From positions 1-52,301 of the IMG/VR virus record IMGVR_UViG_3300017658_000249: 52,301 nucleotides of DNA; one strand, 5' to 3'. Every line of letters starts with the position of its first letter. Positions within the stretch are counted from its first letter, which is position 1. Under the pieces are notes generated by a model. The model saw nothing but the letters and a program-made list of their open reading frames with translations. It was not told the origin of the DNA and ran no database searches. This stretch comes from a virus (Duplodnaviria; Caudoviricetes). This document shows, one piece after another, positions 30,511 through 40,843 of this stretch. The translations under genes and the position numbers were made by a program.

Positions 30511-31424
30511 CAGAAATATGGTCCCAACAACAGAGAATTGAGTTCTCCAGGATAAAGCCGATTAAACTCCAGATAGGTGGGATCTGACGGGCCAACCTGT
30601 GCACCATTCAGCGCGAGGTTGCCGGTGGTCGGGTTGCCCCGCTTGTCCTGAAATGGATACACGCCGATGACGGAATGGTCAGAGCCAGGATCGGCGGAGA
30701 GTTCATAATATTTGGTGCCGTGGTTGAGCGGCTGGGCTTTCCAGCCGATCAGAGCTCCGGCTTGATTTCGTGCGAAATTAAATTTGATCTGATAGGAGAC
30801 CTGCCGGTAACGTGCGGAAGCACCATTGGCCAGTGTGACTGTGGTGCCACGGTCAGAAATTTTGGACATCCAGGCGCAGCCGGCCGGAGCGCCCCAGAAC
30901 GTGGTGATATTGATCCGGTTAATAAAATTCAGAATCACATCGGGACTAAAGAACGGCTCGAACCGCGTGATGGTGAGAATGGGGATGGCGACAGGACCGG
31001 TGATGATCAGTGGTTCGCCCACGGCGTTGACGATCGGTTTCCCGGTGACCGCATCACATTCCAGCACCGCGTCCACCATCTCCGCGTCCCATTCCCAGTC
31101 GGGCGTGCGGTCTTCCGGATCGAACTCACTTTCGTCGACCTGGTTGACGTCGATCTGTGAATCGAACCGACAGGCGACTTCCCACAGGCTCGCCAGGCTG
31201 GCGAGCTCTTTTGGTTCCCGGCTTACACAATAGGCACCGCGCAGCGTCTGCCCGAGCAATGGCAGACCAGTCGTGGCCAGGATATCTTCCTCGGTGACGA
31301 CATCGCTGGCGATGTCGCTGGCGTCGACCAGGTACGTCAGGCGCAGCCGCTTCTGCACACGTCCCTGGGTAAAGACCTGTTCGGCTCTGAAGTCATCCGC
31401 TTTAACATCAATGATGCGAGGCAT
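30510..31424 (-). CDS. Putative tail tip/distal tail protein
   Basis: Immediately follows the tape measure gene; translationally coupled to the next gene. Confidence 0.6.
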   Translation of the reverse strand: MPRIIDVKADDFRAEQVFTQGRVQKRLRLTYLVDASDIASDVVTEEDILATTGLPLLGQTLRGAYCVSREPKELASLASLWEVACRFDSQIDVNQVDESEFDPEDRTPDWEWDAEMVDAVLECDAVTGKPIVNAVGEPLIITGPVAIPILTITRFEPFFSPDVILNFINRINITTFWGAPAGCAWMSKISDRGTTVTLANGASARYRQVSYQIKFNFARNQAGALIGWKAQPLNHGTKYYELSADPGSDHSVIGVYPFQDKRGNPTTGNLALNGAQVGPSDPTYLEFNRLYPGELNSLLLGPYF

Positions 31425-31445
31425 GAGAGAAGAACACTCAACGGG

Positions 31446-33692
31446 TTAAACGGGCTCGAATCCGGCAGCAAACTCTTTCATGAAGTCCAGCATGTTCTCC
31501 ATGCCTTCCGCGGCCTCCACGCCGTTCGACGCGATCTGAGAGAGCAGCGAGATCTGTTTGTTTTCATGAGCCTTCTGTGCGGCCGCCACTGTCCCCCGTT
31601 CCAGCGATTCCGGCAGGGACTTGGAAACGAGGCTGGCCATTGCGGGGATCGTGGCGGTCCCCTGACTGAGCTGCTGAATTTGCTCACGGGGCGTAATGGG
31701 AGTCTCCGGCAGCCGCGGCCCTTGCCATTGGGCGGGATTCAGGAGAGCCGCCAGTTCCGTGCGGGCTTTTTCTGCAGATGCATCCGCCTCTTTCCGTTCC
31801 TCATCGAATTTTTTCGTCAATTTGGCCAATGCCTGGCCCGTGGTATCATCAACCTCATTCTGTTTGTTGGTTCCGATCTGCTGATTCGTGGCGAGTGCAT
31901 CGACCAGATCGCCACCTTGACCATCCTGGCCGACATGGATGCCCCAAGGATTGTCTTTCCCTCGGCGATCTGGCTCGCGCAGGTCCACGCCCAGCAACAT
32001 GCGGGCAATTTGTCCTCTTGCCAGCATGGTTCCATCCTTGTCCTTGTCGAGTGCAGCCCATTTAAGCAAGATGCTGGCGATGTCCGTTTGCACTTCGATC
32101 GTTTTTTTCTGGATCTTGTTCAGCATGCCCAGCCAGGCTTCAGCCACGGACTTCCTGAAACTGATCCAGATCTTGTGCATGCCCGCAATGGCATCGGCCC
32201 AGACCCCGCGCAGCCCGGCCATGGCAATCTTGCTGGCCGCTGACAGGTCCCCGCTCATGATCTTCTCGACAATGCCTCCCCAGGCGGCGAGGAACGTTGA
32301 AGACACATTGTTCCAAGCTTCCGACCAGCCATCCGTCAGCTGGAGGCAGACGTAGCCCACTGCGGCAATGAGACCGATCAGGACCCCCAGAGGAGAAAAC
32401 AGCAATCCAATCAGGTTCGGCAGCAGAATCAAGAGCGGCTTGAGCAACCCCAGGGCCAGGTGGAAAGGTGTCAGGGAAAAGGCAATCAACTTGATGATCG
32501 AACCGAGTGTGACGAGGCTGGCTCCCAAAGCCATCACTCCTCCCACGATCAATGCAAAGCTGACGACAAACCGCTGGTTCGCTCCGATCCATTCGGTGGT
32601 CGCTGTCAGGATTTCCGCTCCTTTGTCCAAGTAGCTCCCCATCCATTCCAGCGCTTTGCCAATTCCAATTTGGATTCCTTCCAGCGCGCTGGTGAACCGG
32701 CGAAAGGCACCGCCAATGCCGGAATCGAAATCCTTGGCGGACTTATTGGCCACGCCGCCCGCATTCTGGATCTGTGTCAACAGTTCCCGAATTCCGCCGG
32801 TGTCGCCGGCCAGGGCCGCTCCCCCGGTGATGGACCGAACGCCGAAGAGCTTGTTCAGGATCTCGGCACGCTTCCCGGTTCCCATCGAGGCGGTGGCTTT
32901 GTCGACATCATCCAGGATCTCGATCAAATTGCGCAGGTTCCCACCGGCATCCATCGTGGCCACACCGATGGCCGAAAAATCTTTGGGCAAGGCGGCCGCA
33001 CGGAGCTGCAGGTTCCGGAGGACGGTTCCCGCCATGCTGCCCTGAATCCCGATATTTCCCAGGGCACCGACCAGGGCCAAAGTTTCTTCGAATGACATGT
33101 TGAACTGATTGGCGATCGGGCCGGCATATTTGAGGGCTTCGCCGATATCCTGAACCGAATTGAATGTGCCGTTGGCCGCTTCCGTGAGACCATCCGCCAC
33201 GCGCTGAGTTTCCGTGGCATCCATATTGAACTGACGCAGGCTGGAAGCCACGATGCCGGCGGCGACATCTGTGGGCACATCGGCTGCGCGGGACAGGTCC
33301 AAGGTGTGCGGTGTCATGGCCAGCATGTCATCTGCGCTGAATCCAGCCTTCCCCAGCTCCTTCTGCAATGCCGCCACTTCAACGGCCGTGAAGGAGGTTG
33401 TGCGGCCCAGCTCTTTCGCCTGGGCGGTGAGAGCCTGGAACTCCGATTCTGTAGATTGCGACACGGCTTTGACGATCCGCATCTGGTCATCGAATTGCTG
33501 GTAACTGCGCAGCGACAACGCCATTGGTGCTCCGATGAGAGCTGTCGCCGTCATGATCCGTTTTCCCAGCGATTGCACGTTCGAGGCGAACTTGCCGAGA
33601 TTCGCCTGGGCGCGGCGGAGGACGCGGGCCGTGTTGTCAATCGCTTCAATGGCGACGAACGCTTTGCCGGCTTTGATGGCGGCTGCACTCAT
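31446..33692 (-). CDS. Tail tape measure protein (TP901-type core)
   Basis: QAKELGRTTSFTAVEVA, DIGEALKYAGP, GIQGSMAGT; hydrophobic repeats. Confidence 0.93.
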   Translation of the reverse strand: MSAAAIKAGKAFVAIEAIDNTARVLRRAQANLGKFASNVQSLGKRIMTATALIGAPMALSLRSYQQFDDQMRIVKAVSQSTESEFQALTAQAKELGRTTSFTAVEVAALQKELGKAGFSADDMLAMTPHTLDLSRAADVPTDVAAGIVASSLRQFNMDATETQRVADGLTEAANGTFNSVQDIGEALKYAGPIANQFNMSFEETLALVGALGNIGIQGSMAGTVLRNLQLRAAALPKDFSAIGVATMDAGGNLRNLIEILDDVDKATASMGTGKRAEILNKLFGVRSITGGAALAGDTGGIRELLTQIQNAGGVANKSAKDFDSGIGGAFRRFTSALEGIQIGIGKALEWMGSYLDKGAEILTATTEWIGANQRFVVSFALIVGGVMALGASLVTLGSIIKLIAFSLTPFHLALGLLKPLLILLPNLIGLLFSPLGVLIGLIAAVGYVCLQLTDGWSEAWNNVSSTFLAAWGGIVEKIMSGDLSAASKIAMAGLRGVWADAIAGMHKIWISFRKSVAEAWLGMLNKIQKKTIEVQTDIASILLKWAALDKDKDGTMLARGQIARMLLGVDLREPDRRGKDNPWGIHVGQDGQGGDLVDALATNQQIGTNKQNEVDDTTGQALAKLTKKFDEERKEADASAEKARTELAALLNPAQWQGPRLPETPITPREQIQQLSQGTATIPAMASLVSKSLPESLERGTVAAAQKAHENKQISLLSQIASNGVEAAEGMENMLDFMKEFAAGFEPV

Positions 33693-34339
33693 GGGTGCAC
33701 ACTTCCTTCCCAGAGTTCAGGGAATTTTGAACTGATCTGTTTGAGTGCGGGGAGCATGAACGGGCGGGCGGGATAATGCAGCGAGCCAGTCGGTTGTGGG
33801 TCACGATTGGGGAGTGCTCCCGATTCGACTTTGCGAATGTAGGCAATCGCCTGCTTTTTGCTGTGAGCACCCGCCTTGGTGGATTGACCACGACCGTTCC
33901 GCGCTGTTGGGCCGCGCCGCCGATTTTTCTTTTTCGCGGAGTCCCGCCGTAGCCGCGCCAGAAAGTGGCGATCCCATTCTGAGAGCTGGGAGGCGGAGAC
34001 GTTTCCCCCTTCCTCGTGCAACTCTGGAACCGTGTACTTGCCGATCTTCTGCCCACCGCCCACTGGACCGACGATCATCGCCTGGTTGTATGGATCCCAG
34101 ATGTAGAGGATTTTTCGCAGGTTGAAATCATCGGGGGCATGAGTTCGTGGAGGGCGACCTGGCTTTGAAGCGTGGTGTCGTTTTTGGACTCGACGCAGCG
34201 ACCGCCGCGCATTCTGCCTGGTCATGGCACCGGCGCGGCCCAGGCGATCGAAATCTCTTCCTGCACGTCGCACTGCGGCCTGGATCGCCGCGCGATCGAA
34301 AAACTGATCCGTCATTTTGAGCGTGATCTGAGCCGGCAT
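33689..34339 (-). CDS. Putative neck/tail completion protein
   Basis: Basic; SKPGRPP, ELHEEGG and C-terminal YPARPFMLPAL (HK97 gp10-like style). Confidence 0.65.
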   Translation of the reverse strand: MPAQITLKMTDQFFDRAAIQAAVRRAGRDFDRLGRAGAMTRQNARRSLRRVQKRHHASKPGRPPRTHAPDDFNLRKILYIWDPYNQAMIVGPVGGGQKIGKYTVPELHEEGGNVSASQLSEWDRHFLARLRRDSAKKKNRRRGPTARNGRGQSTKAGAHSKKQAIAYIRKVESGALPNRDPQPTGSLHYPARPFMLPALKQISSKFPELWEGSVHP

Positions 34340-34346
34340 GATCTGA

Positions 34347-34660
34347 TCATTCCCCTCCGACGAAGATCTGTTTCAGCACATGAAAATTCTCTCGGGTAAT
34401 TTTCAACTTCTCTCCGGAGGAGTGCTGCTGATTCCGCAAAGGGTGAAACGCCTGCATCGGCTTCGCTTTCATCTTTGGCGTCCCTCCCAGGTTGTTATGC
34501 ACCAGGCCCATCAGGTTGTGGATCACGGAGACAATACTGGCGGTGTGGTCCCAGCGGTCGAGCAAGTTGGTTTCGGCCCGCACATGCAGTTCACGCAGTG
34601 AGCAGCGTTTCCAGTCCGTCACGCCGGCATAGGTGGCAAGACGGTAGAGGTCGTTCCACG
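34347..34660 (-). CDS. Tail assembly chaperone GT extension (-1 frame)
   Basis: WNDLYRLATYAGV..SLREL..WDHTA lies in the -1 frame overlapping the chaperone end; no clear own start. Upstream boundary approximate. Confidence 0.6.
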
Positions 34661-35152
34661 CTTCACGACGGCCGCGAGGATGTCCTGCTCCAACTGCTCC
34701 AGTGCCCGGTCCAGCTCCTGGTCGCTCAGTTTCTCGACCTTGTCCCCCAGCTCGGCCAGCTTCTGATCGGCTTTGAGCAGATGCTTGCTGTGGATTTCGG
34801 CGAGGCGGACAAGCGAGGTCCGCAGGTGTGGGAAAAAATCGGCAATCGCCCTCCACAAGGCCTGTTTCGCGGGAGTCAGCACCGCCGGCTTGATCCCTTC
34901 ACAGAACGCGTCCTGATCCAGTCCCAGCTTCATGGCCTGGGGCTGAATGATGCACCAGATGATCGCGAACTGCAGTGATGTTTTTTGTAGAACCAGCTCG
35001 AAGAACTTCGGCGGCGGTTCCAGGAAGGAAATTTCTTCCTCGATCAGTTCGCTGAAATCACAGCTGTCGATCCGCTTGGCGGCGGCCAGCGAAATCTCCA
35101 GATCCCACTGCCGGCCGGCCGAATCCTGAAATGTGTATTCCGACAAGATCAC
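34619..35152 (-). CDS. Tail assembly chaperone (gpG-like)
   Basis: Lies between tail tube and tape measure genes; FQDSAGRQW start and AIADFFP. Confidence 0.7.
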   Translation of the reverse strand: MILSEYTFQDSAGRQWDLEISLAAAKRIDSCDFSELIEEEISFLEPPPKFFELVLQKTSLQFAIIWCIIQPQAMKLGLDQDAFCEGIKPAVLTPAKQALWRAIADFFPHLRTSLVRLAEIHSKHLLKADQKLAELGDKVEKLSDQELDRALEQLEQDILAAVVKRGTTSTVLPPMPA

Positions 35153-35168
35153 TCTCCGTGAGGCAATT

Positions 35169-35197
35169 CATTCACTGTTATTCACTGTTATTCACTG
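35169..35197. repeat. Short 10-bp tandem repeat
   Basis: (ATTCACTGTT)x2 plus ATTCACTG, intergenic. Confidence 0.6.
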
Positions 35198-35203
35198 GGC
35201 GAC

Positions 35204-35536
35204 TTATTTTTTCTTGAGCGTTTTGGCGGTCAATGTGACCGCCTCTTCGGTCTCCGGTTCGGCTGGCTCCACGCTGCCGATGGAGGCGACCGAGGATGGA
35301 CTGACTGTCGGCGCAGCCGGTGCTGCCCCGGAGGGAGGTAATTCGCCAGGTGCCTGCAGATCTTTCATCCGTACGGTGATCTTGGCCTTGGGCCCCAGCT
35401 TGGCGATCGCTTTGAGTAGTCGCTGCGCGGCCGGATCGGATCGCCCCCGCAGGGCGGCCCGCACGTCGGCGACACGCATGGTCGCCATCTGTACGCGGAC
35501 TTCAGAGACGACACTGGAATTTTCGAGTTCGAACAT
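35204..35536 (-). CDS. Hypothetical protein in tail module
   Basis: GGAG RBS; co-oriented with the late arm. Confidence 0.6.
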   Translation of the reverse strand: MFELENSSVVSEVRVQMATMRVADVRAALRGRSDPAAQRLLKAIAKLGPKAKITVRMKDLQAPGELPPSGAAPAAPTVSPSSVASIGSVEPAEPETEEAVTLTAKTLKKK

Positions 35537-35599
35537 GATCACTCCATTGTGATGGTTGGGATGATGAATTACGGAAGCCGGGGCTGATCACGTGCGTGA

Positions 35600-36088
35600 T
35601 CACGTCTCCCCACCGCCCCCCTCGGTGACCACCCACGCCGGTTCCAGCTCTTCCTCTTCCTCGGTGTCATAAAAATAAGTGGGGTCGAACTGGCAATCGT
35701 GCGAAGAGACTTCCTCGAGCTGCTGGTTCCAGGGGAACTGGGTGAGCAGACAGGGGAGTTTGAGCCCTTCGCTGCCGGCAGTCGCAGCGGGACCATTGAG
35801 GACCCAGACCTCAAGTGGCGTCTGCGCGAAGAACGCCGTCCGCAGGGCGTCGAACTTCGTCGGGCTGAGTTTGTGCCAGAGCTTGAACGTAATGGCCGCC
35901 GACAACGTGGTGGCCACTTTCAGGTTCCAGCGACTCTTGCGGCGTTTGAGTTCGGCCAGCGCATATTGCAGATCCGAGACGTTCACATCTTCGCATTCAT
36001 CGATCAGCGTGAGTGCGGGAGCTCCGCCGGCCACAGCAGTCGCGAAGTAGAGATAGAAGTCACGGCCTGTCCGGGCAATTTCCGTCAT
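35600..36088 (-). CDS. Major tail (tube) protein
   Basis: Position after the tail terminator; beta-rich with TGRDFYLY and FPWNQQLEE. Confidence 0.7.
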   Translation of the reverse strand: MTEIARTGRDFYLYFATAVAGGAPALTLIDECEDVNVSDLQYALAELKRRKSRWNLKVATTLSAAITFKLWHKLSPTKFDALRTAFFAQTPLEVWVLNGPAATAGSEGLKLPCLLTQFPWNQQLEEVSSHDCQFDPTYFYDTEEEEELEPAWVVTEGGGGET

Positions 36089-36127
36089 GGTCTGCTCCAC
36101 AAAGTTGGATTAGTGAGTTTCAGTAAA

Positions 36128-36625
36128 CTATGTGGTGCCGCGGCGGTAGTACGCCGTGAACACGCCTTCGAACGTGTGAGCATCCCGCAGTCGGACGAAG
36201 TCGTACGGGGTGCGACTGCGATCCTTTAGAGCTTCATTCCGCAGCCAGGTGAGACCGGGCTGGCTGGCAATGCGGGCACATTCCTGGAGCTGCTCCAGCA
36301 GGATCACATACATCTGGATCTCCGCATCGTCTTGCGGATCGATCTTGGCTTGCAGGCAGACCTGAACCGGCTGGTCAACCACATGCAGGCGTCCGCGGCT
36401 GGAGAGCGATTGATCGGCTCCCAGGCCAATCAACGTCACGCGCGGGGATTCCGCCAGTTCCGGCAATGATATGCGTGGCAGATAAGCCTGTTTCAGTTCG
36501 AATCTGACAATGAATGCCAGCAGCTCATGCTCTTCTTCAAACTGGTCATTCAGGCTTTCGAGGTCATTGGATCGCAGATCGATCATGTCAAATAATCGCT
36601 GACGAGCATCAACCAGAATGGACAT
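36128..36625 (-). CDS. Putative tail terminator
   Basis: Synteny and size. Confidence 0.6.
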   Translation of the reverse strand: MSILVDARQRLFDMIDLRSNDLESLNDQFEEEHELLAFIVRFELKQAYLPRISLPELAESPRVTLIGLGADQSLSSRGRLHVVDQPVQVCLQAKIDPQDDAEIQMYVILLEQLQECARIASQPGLTWLRNEALKDRSRTPYDFVRLRDAHTFEGVFTAYYRRGTT

Positions 36626-36629
36626 CGCT

Positions 36630-37007
36630 TCACTCCTTGACAACGCGGGTATGGATGCGGAGGAAGTGCCGGCCGGCCGAGTCATATCGGAAACAAGGCT
36701 CCTCCCCCATGCCCATCACCTCCCACCTGCGGATGCCCTGGGTGATGACATCGCCGGGACGCGGCTGTTCAATCAGGTCGATCAATTTGGCAGAGTCTTC
36801 AATGAGGGCGTCTTCCGCTTCGGTGGAGAGCATCACGGCCCGTTCACTGAACTCTTCGAATTCGGTCTTGCCCCAGGCGACCTGAATCGCCACGCAAAGA
36901 TTCTGCTCCCCTTCCTCTCGGGCGGCGCGACGATACACGGCCGCCGCACTGGAGAATCCATGCAGCAATTGCATTCCGGAGCCGAGGAGTTCGTTGAAGC
37001 CGTCCAT
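36630..37007 (-). CDS. Putative head closure/head-tail joining protein
   Basis: Follows the capsid gene; PRPGDVI..WEV..LRIHT motif. Confidence 0.65.
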   Translation of the reverse strand: MDGFNELLGSGMQLLHGFSSAAAVYRRAAREEGEQNLCVAIQVAWGKTEFEEFSERAVMLSTEAEDALIEDSAKLIDLIEQPRPGDVITQGIRRWEVMGMGEEPCFRYDSAGRHFLRIHTRVVKE

Positions 37008-37031
37008 GGGGGAGGGATCAGAGGTCAGGGA

Positions 37032-38003
37032 TCAGGGATTGACGCCGGTAATCAGGCGGCCGCAGGCGGTCTGGATCAGTTTCTGCTGCGTGTCATTCCG
37101 GGCGCGAGCGATGTCACCGCGGATCGTCTCATCGCGATAGGTCTCGATCGTGCAACCGATTTCCGATCCATCTTCGGACCAGTGAAACGTGCGACCGATG
37201 CAGGGCTCCTCGATGTCGTTCGACGTCGCGAACACCCCGACCATCACGAGGTTCTTGTTCCAGATGGCTCCGAATCCCGCTGCCTGGCCTTCCTTGCTGG
37301 TGTTCTTGGTTCCGCCGGCAATCATCACATTCGGAATATCAAACGCCAGGGCCAGCATGGCTGGCGTGACTTTTTCGGGGACAACGTCCCGGATGCCGTG
37401 ACTGTTGAGTCGTTCTGTCACCTGTTCACAGTTCCGGAGGTGGCGATAGGTCTGCCGCGTGATGATCATGCCATTGGCCCACAGACCGCAGGCCGACCAC
37501 AAACTCTGGACGGCATTCTCCACGTCCACCAGCGGCGTGCAGGTCCCGTAATTGGCAGGGGTCCAGGCACTGGCCGCGGCGGCATTGGCGAAGGTCCCCG
37601 TGTTGAACAGAGCGCCCGCAGCCCGCTTCTCCATATTACGGAGGACCTTGTCGCGAGCACGCCGAGCCGCGATGACTTCGACATCGAAGTAATGGTGATA
37701 CATCTTTGTCAGACGGTCATCGATCGGGGACTCGTGACCATGCTCGGAGACGGCATAGGACTCATCTTCGAATTCGAAATCGTCACGACTGTAACGAGAC
37801 TTAGGAGCCCGTTCCGTGCTTGCGTCGCGCAGCAGCTCCTCGACGGGGATCACTCCGAACGTGCCACTTTGTTCCGGTACGTCAAAGACCGGCAGGACCT
37901 GCAATGCGATGAAGCCCGCCCGGTCGGCCTCCAGGTTGAAGGCTTCCATGCTGCCACCCAGGTCCGGGCGGAGCGTCGCGAGTGAATTCTTGGAAGTCGG
38001 CAT
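37032..38003 (-). CDS. Major capsid protein (lambda gpE-like)
   Basis: 323 aa after protease and cement genes; FIALQVLPVFDV and ERAPKS. Confidence 0.85.
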   Translation of the reverse strand: MPTSKNSLATLRPDLGGSMEAFNLEADRAGFIALQVLPVFDVPEQSGTFGVIPVEELLRDASTERAPKSRYSRDDFEFEDESYAVSEHGHESPIDDRLTKMYHHYFDVEVIAARRARDKVLRNMEKRAAGALFNTGTFANAAAASAWTPANYGTCTPLVDVENAVQSLWSACGLWANGMIITRQTYRHLRNCEQVTERLNSHGIRDVVPEKVTPAMLALAFDIPNVMIAGGTKNTSKEGQAAGFGAIWNKNLVMVGVFATSNDIEEPCIGRTFHWSEDGSEIGCTIETYRDETIRGDIARARNDTQQKLIQTACGRLITGVNP

Positions 38004-38108
38004 GATTTGTCCGTGCAGTTGAAAGGAACAGGGAGGGCGAATGATTCAAGAGGCCGGAGGCATGGGAAACTGGAAGAAACCCAACGCCCCCGGCGCTCAC
38101 GGAGTGTG

Positions 38109-38489
38109 TCAGGTCTCTTCTTCGATCGTGGTGACTTGCACCGTCAGCGGCAGAACTTCGATGACGTCACCGTCCGCCGTGGCCTCTTCCAGAGCCGTGC
38201 CGACAATGATGGTGCCCTCGTCGTCAATTTTTCCGGACGCAGCGGCATAGACGTCGGCCCCTTCGGCGATGGCCCCGGCTGCCACCATTTTGCGGGTGCC
38301 TGGTGCGTTGCGGAGCCGCACGGCATGCAAATTGCCATCGGCATAGGCACGTCCTTCCACAGTGCCAATGTCGATGTCGGCCGCTCCCGCGAGGGCTGTT
38401 TTTCCGGAAGTGAGTTTCACCCGCAGATGGGGAGCCAGGGCCGCGCTGGCGGTGAACGTGCGGGTGGGGCCATCGGTATATTGAGACAT
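38109..38489 (-). CDS. Capsid cement/decoration protein (DUF2190-like)
   Basis: AAGAIAEGADVYAAASGK..VGTALEEATADGDVIEV. Confidence 0.8.
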   Translation of the reverse strand: MSQYTDGPTRTFTASAALAPHLRVKLTSGKTALAGAADIDIGTVEGRAYADGNLHAVRLRNAPGTRKMVAAGAIAEGADVYAAASGKIDDEGTIIVGTALEEATADGDVIEVLPLTVQVTTIEEET

Positions 38490-38542
38490 GGCGGAACCAA
38501 AGGAAAAGAGGTGAAGGAACAGAGGTCAGGACATCGTGGCTC

Positions 38543-39922
38543 TTACTTGCGGCGATGTTGTTTGTTGTGTTCCTGGAGGAACCGTTGATGACGATCCTTG
38601 TCTTCGACCACCGTTTTCGAAATCGCGTCCTGACGGGACATGCCACGTGCCTGTTTCTGATCGACAGCAGCCCAGAACTCTTCCGTGGCCGATCCTTCGG
38701 CTTGAGTTCCGTTGCTGCTGCCGGTGATCAGAGGATCGACGCCGGGAGCCGAGGCGGCATTTGATTTCGTTTTGATCTGCAGGTCTTTGACCTCTTGCTC
38801 GCGAGCATCGAGACGGGCTTTCAATGTTTCGGCCCAATTCTTCTGGATCGTGTCCAGATCCGCATTGCGTTCGAGCTGGTCGACGGCAAAGCGGGTATCA
38901 TCTCCGGAGTTCCGATCGAAGCCGGCGCAGGCCGCAATGACGGCGGCCATGGTCAGGAAAGTTGTGGTCTCAGGCATGGAGTTCGTCCGTTCGGTTTTAG
39001 GGTGAGAAATTGCCTTGCGGCCGGCGGAGCGTTTTCGGGATTGATCCGCCAGTTGCGAAAGTGTCTGGTCGAAGGACTGAATCCCGTCAATCAACCCCAT
39101 CGCGAGTGCGTCGTTGGCTGGCCAGACGCGACCGGTGGCCCAGTTCGTCGCCACGTGGTCGACCTTTTGTTTGCGGCCTCGCGCCACCGCGGCATTGAAT
39201 TCGGTTTGATGCTGATCGACCAGGCTCTGCAGGTATGCCTGCTGCTCTTCCGTGACTGGCATGCCTTCGAATCCGGTCCCTTTGAGCTGTCCGGACTTGA
39301 TCACCACCGGCTTGATCCCCTTCTGGCTGGCCAAACCAGAAAGGTCATAGAGTCCCATTAATGTGCCGATGCTGCCGACCAGCGCGGAGGGCTCATTGGC
39401 GAAAATCTGGTCGCATTCCACTAGCACGCGATATGCGGCCGACGCTCCCAGATCTTCAATGAATCCACAGACCGGCTTGGACTCATTCGCCTGGCGGACA
39501 TCCATCGCCAAGTCATGCGTGCCCGAGACAGTCCCCCCCGGTGAATCAAACTTGAGCAGAATTCCCACCACTTCGGGATTGCCGACTGCGTTGCGGATCT
39601 CCCGGCGGGCGCGAATCGTGGACCCGCCCTGAGACAGAGAACTGCCTCGTTTCGTCATCGCCCCATCGATGGAGATGACGGCAATGGCTCCGCCGCTGGA
39701 GCTTCCGGCGACTTCATCGGCGGCGACAATCCGGCTTTCCAGCTTGTCGATCCGTGTTTCGGAATTCAGGACCAGATGCGTAGTCCAGTTGAGCTGCTGA
39801 ATGTGTTGCAAGAGCTGGAGTGCATGGGTTTCGTCGATCGACCACAGTCCCATGAATTGAGACAGGTCGACCGGGGAATGCTCCAGCGGTGAGAGATCCA
39901 GTTGCAGCGGTGTGTCAGCCAT
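38543..39922 (-). CDS. S49 (SppA-like) prohead protease with C-terminal scaffold
   Basis: FDSPGGTV, GASAAY, VGSIG, TGRVW and GLIDGI. Confidence 0.9.
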   Translation of the reverse strand: MADTPLQLDLSPLEHSPVDLSQFMGLWSIDETHALQLLQHIQQLNWTTHLVLNSETRIDKLESRIVAADEVAGSSSGGAIAVISIDGAMTKRGSSLSQGGSTIRARREIRNAVGNPEVVGILLKFDSPGGTVSGTHDLAMDVRQANESKPVCGFIEDLGASAAYRVLVECDQIFANEPSALVGSIGTLMGLYDLSGLASQKGIKPVVIKSGQLKGTGFEGMPVTEEQQAYLQSLVDQHQTEFNAAVARGRKQKVDHVATNWATGRVWPANDALAMGLIDGIQSFDQTLSQLADQSRKRSAGRKAISHPKTERTNSMPETTTFLTMAAVIAACAGFDRNSGDDTRFAVDQLERNADLDTIQKNWAETLKARLDAREQEVKDLQIKTKSNAASAPGVDPLITGSSNGTQAEGSATEEFWAAVDQKQARGMSRQDAISKTVVEDKDRHQRFLQEHNKQHRRK

Positions 39923-39988
39923 AGGAGGCGACTTTAGAACGTCGCGGACTCGATCAGGCTGAAAATCCGGTTCGGAAAATCGGATTGA

Positions 39989-40843
39989 TCAGCCGTTTGC
40001 ACCGATCGCTTTGATGACCTGCAGTTCGAATCCGGTGAACTCCCGGATGTCTCCGGATGCAAATCGGACTTCTACACGAGCTCGGTAATGGCCGGGCGTC
40101 CATCGCGCGGTCTGCGCCGAGGTGCGTTCAAATCGCAGCAACTTCACATCGGTTGGCTGGACGATTTCACCCTCGAATTCAATCGGCGGCACTGCTGAAT
40201 CCGGCAGCAATGCAGCACAAAAGTAAGCCGAGTCTCCGTCAGTCAAATCCGGAAAGTCGATCCTGGAAAATTTGAGGGCACTCCCCAGCGAGTCGAGGTA
40301 GGCGTCTCGCTGGAGGATTTTCAGCCTGTTCCCAATGACTACACCGCAATCGAAGACGACAATTTTTCGCTGGCCCACCAATTGAGCCAGCGCGGCAGGC
40401 GTGAAGCTGGCGACAGCAACTGAAATACCATCGCCCATTGCCTCGCCAATGGCTCCGCTCAGTTCCTCCGGATTCACTTCAGCTGTGACGTTGAAGTCAA
40501 ACTTCGTGAGCGTCCGCTGGCCTGCGGACCAGATCGCACTGGCAATCGCATTGGCCGTCGGGCCGGCAGCGGGGATTTCAGCAGCCGGATCATCGATCCG
40601 ATAGACGCCGCTATCATTCGCAACTTTCACGCTGCCGGTATAAATAATATCATCATCCGCATCATAAATCTGGGCGAGATACCAGCCCGCCAATGCTTGC
40701 GATACGCTGGCTGCATAGCGGAGTCCGGCACCTTCCGCGAGCGATGTTCCACCACTATTTGCAATTGCACCGGCGGCATCACGCAAAATGAGCGTTAATG
40801 ATTCCCCTGGCGTGTCGTGATAAAAAACAACGGTGCAGCTCAT
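39989..40843 (-). CDS. Hypothetical beta-rich virion-associated protein
   Basis: ATGA-coupled to the fibre-like gene; IASAIWSAGQRTLT. Confidence 0.65.
   Translation of the reverse strand: MSCTVVFYHDTPGESLTLILRDAAGAIANSGGTSLAEGAGLRYAASVSQALAGWYLAQIYDADDDIIYTGSVKVANDSGVYRIDDPAAEIPAAGPTANAIASAIWSAGQRTLTKFDFNVTAEVNPEELSGAIGEAMGDGISVAVASFTPAALAQLVGQRKIVVFDCGVVIGNRLKILQRDAYLDSLGSALKFSRIDFPDLTDGDSAYFCAALLPDSAVPPIEFEGEIVQPTDVKLLRFERTSAQTARWTPGHYRARVEVRFASGDIREFTGFELQVIKAIGANG

Noticed and set aside
36618-37985. 455-aa plus-strand ORF (similarly 48233-49402 and 42882-43886)
   Set aside because: Antisense shadows of the capsid, protease and portal genes.
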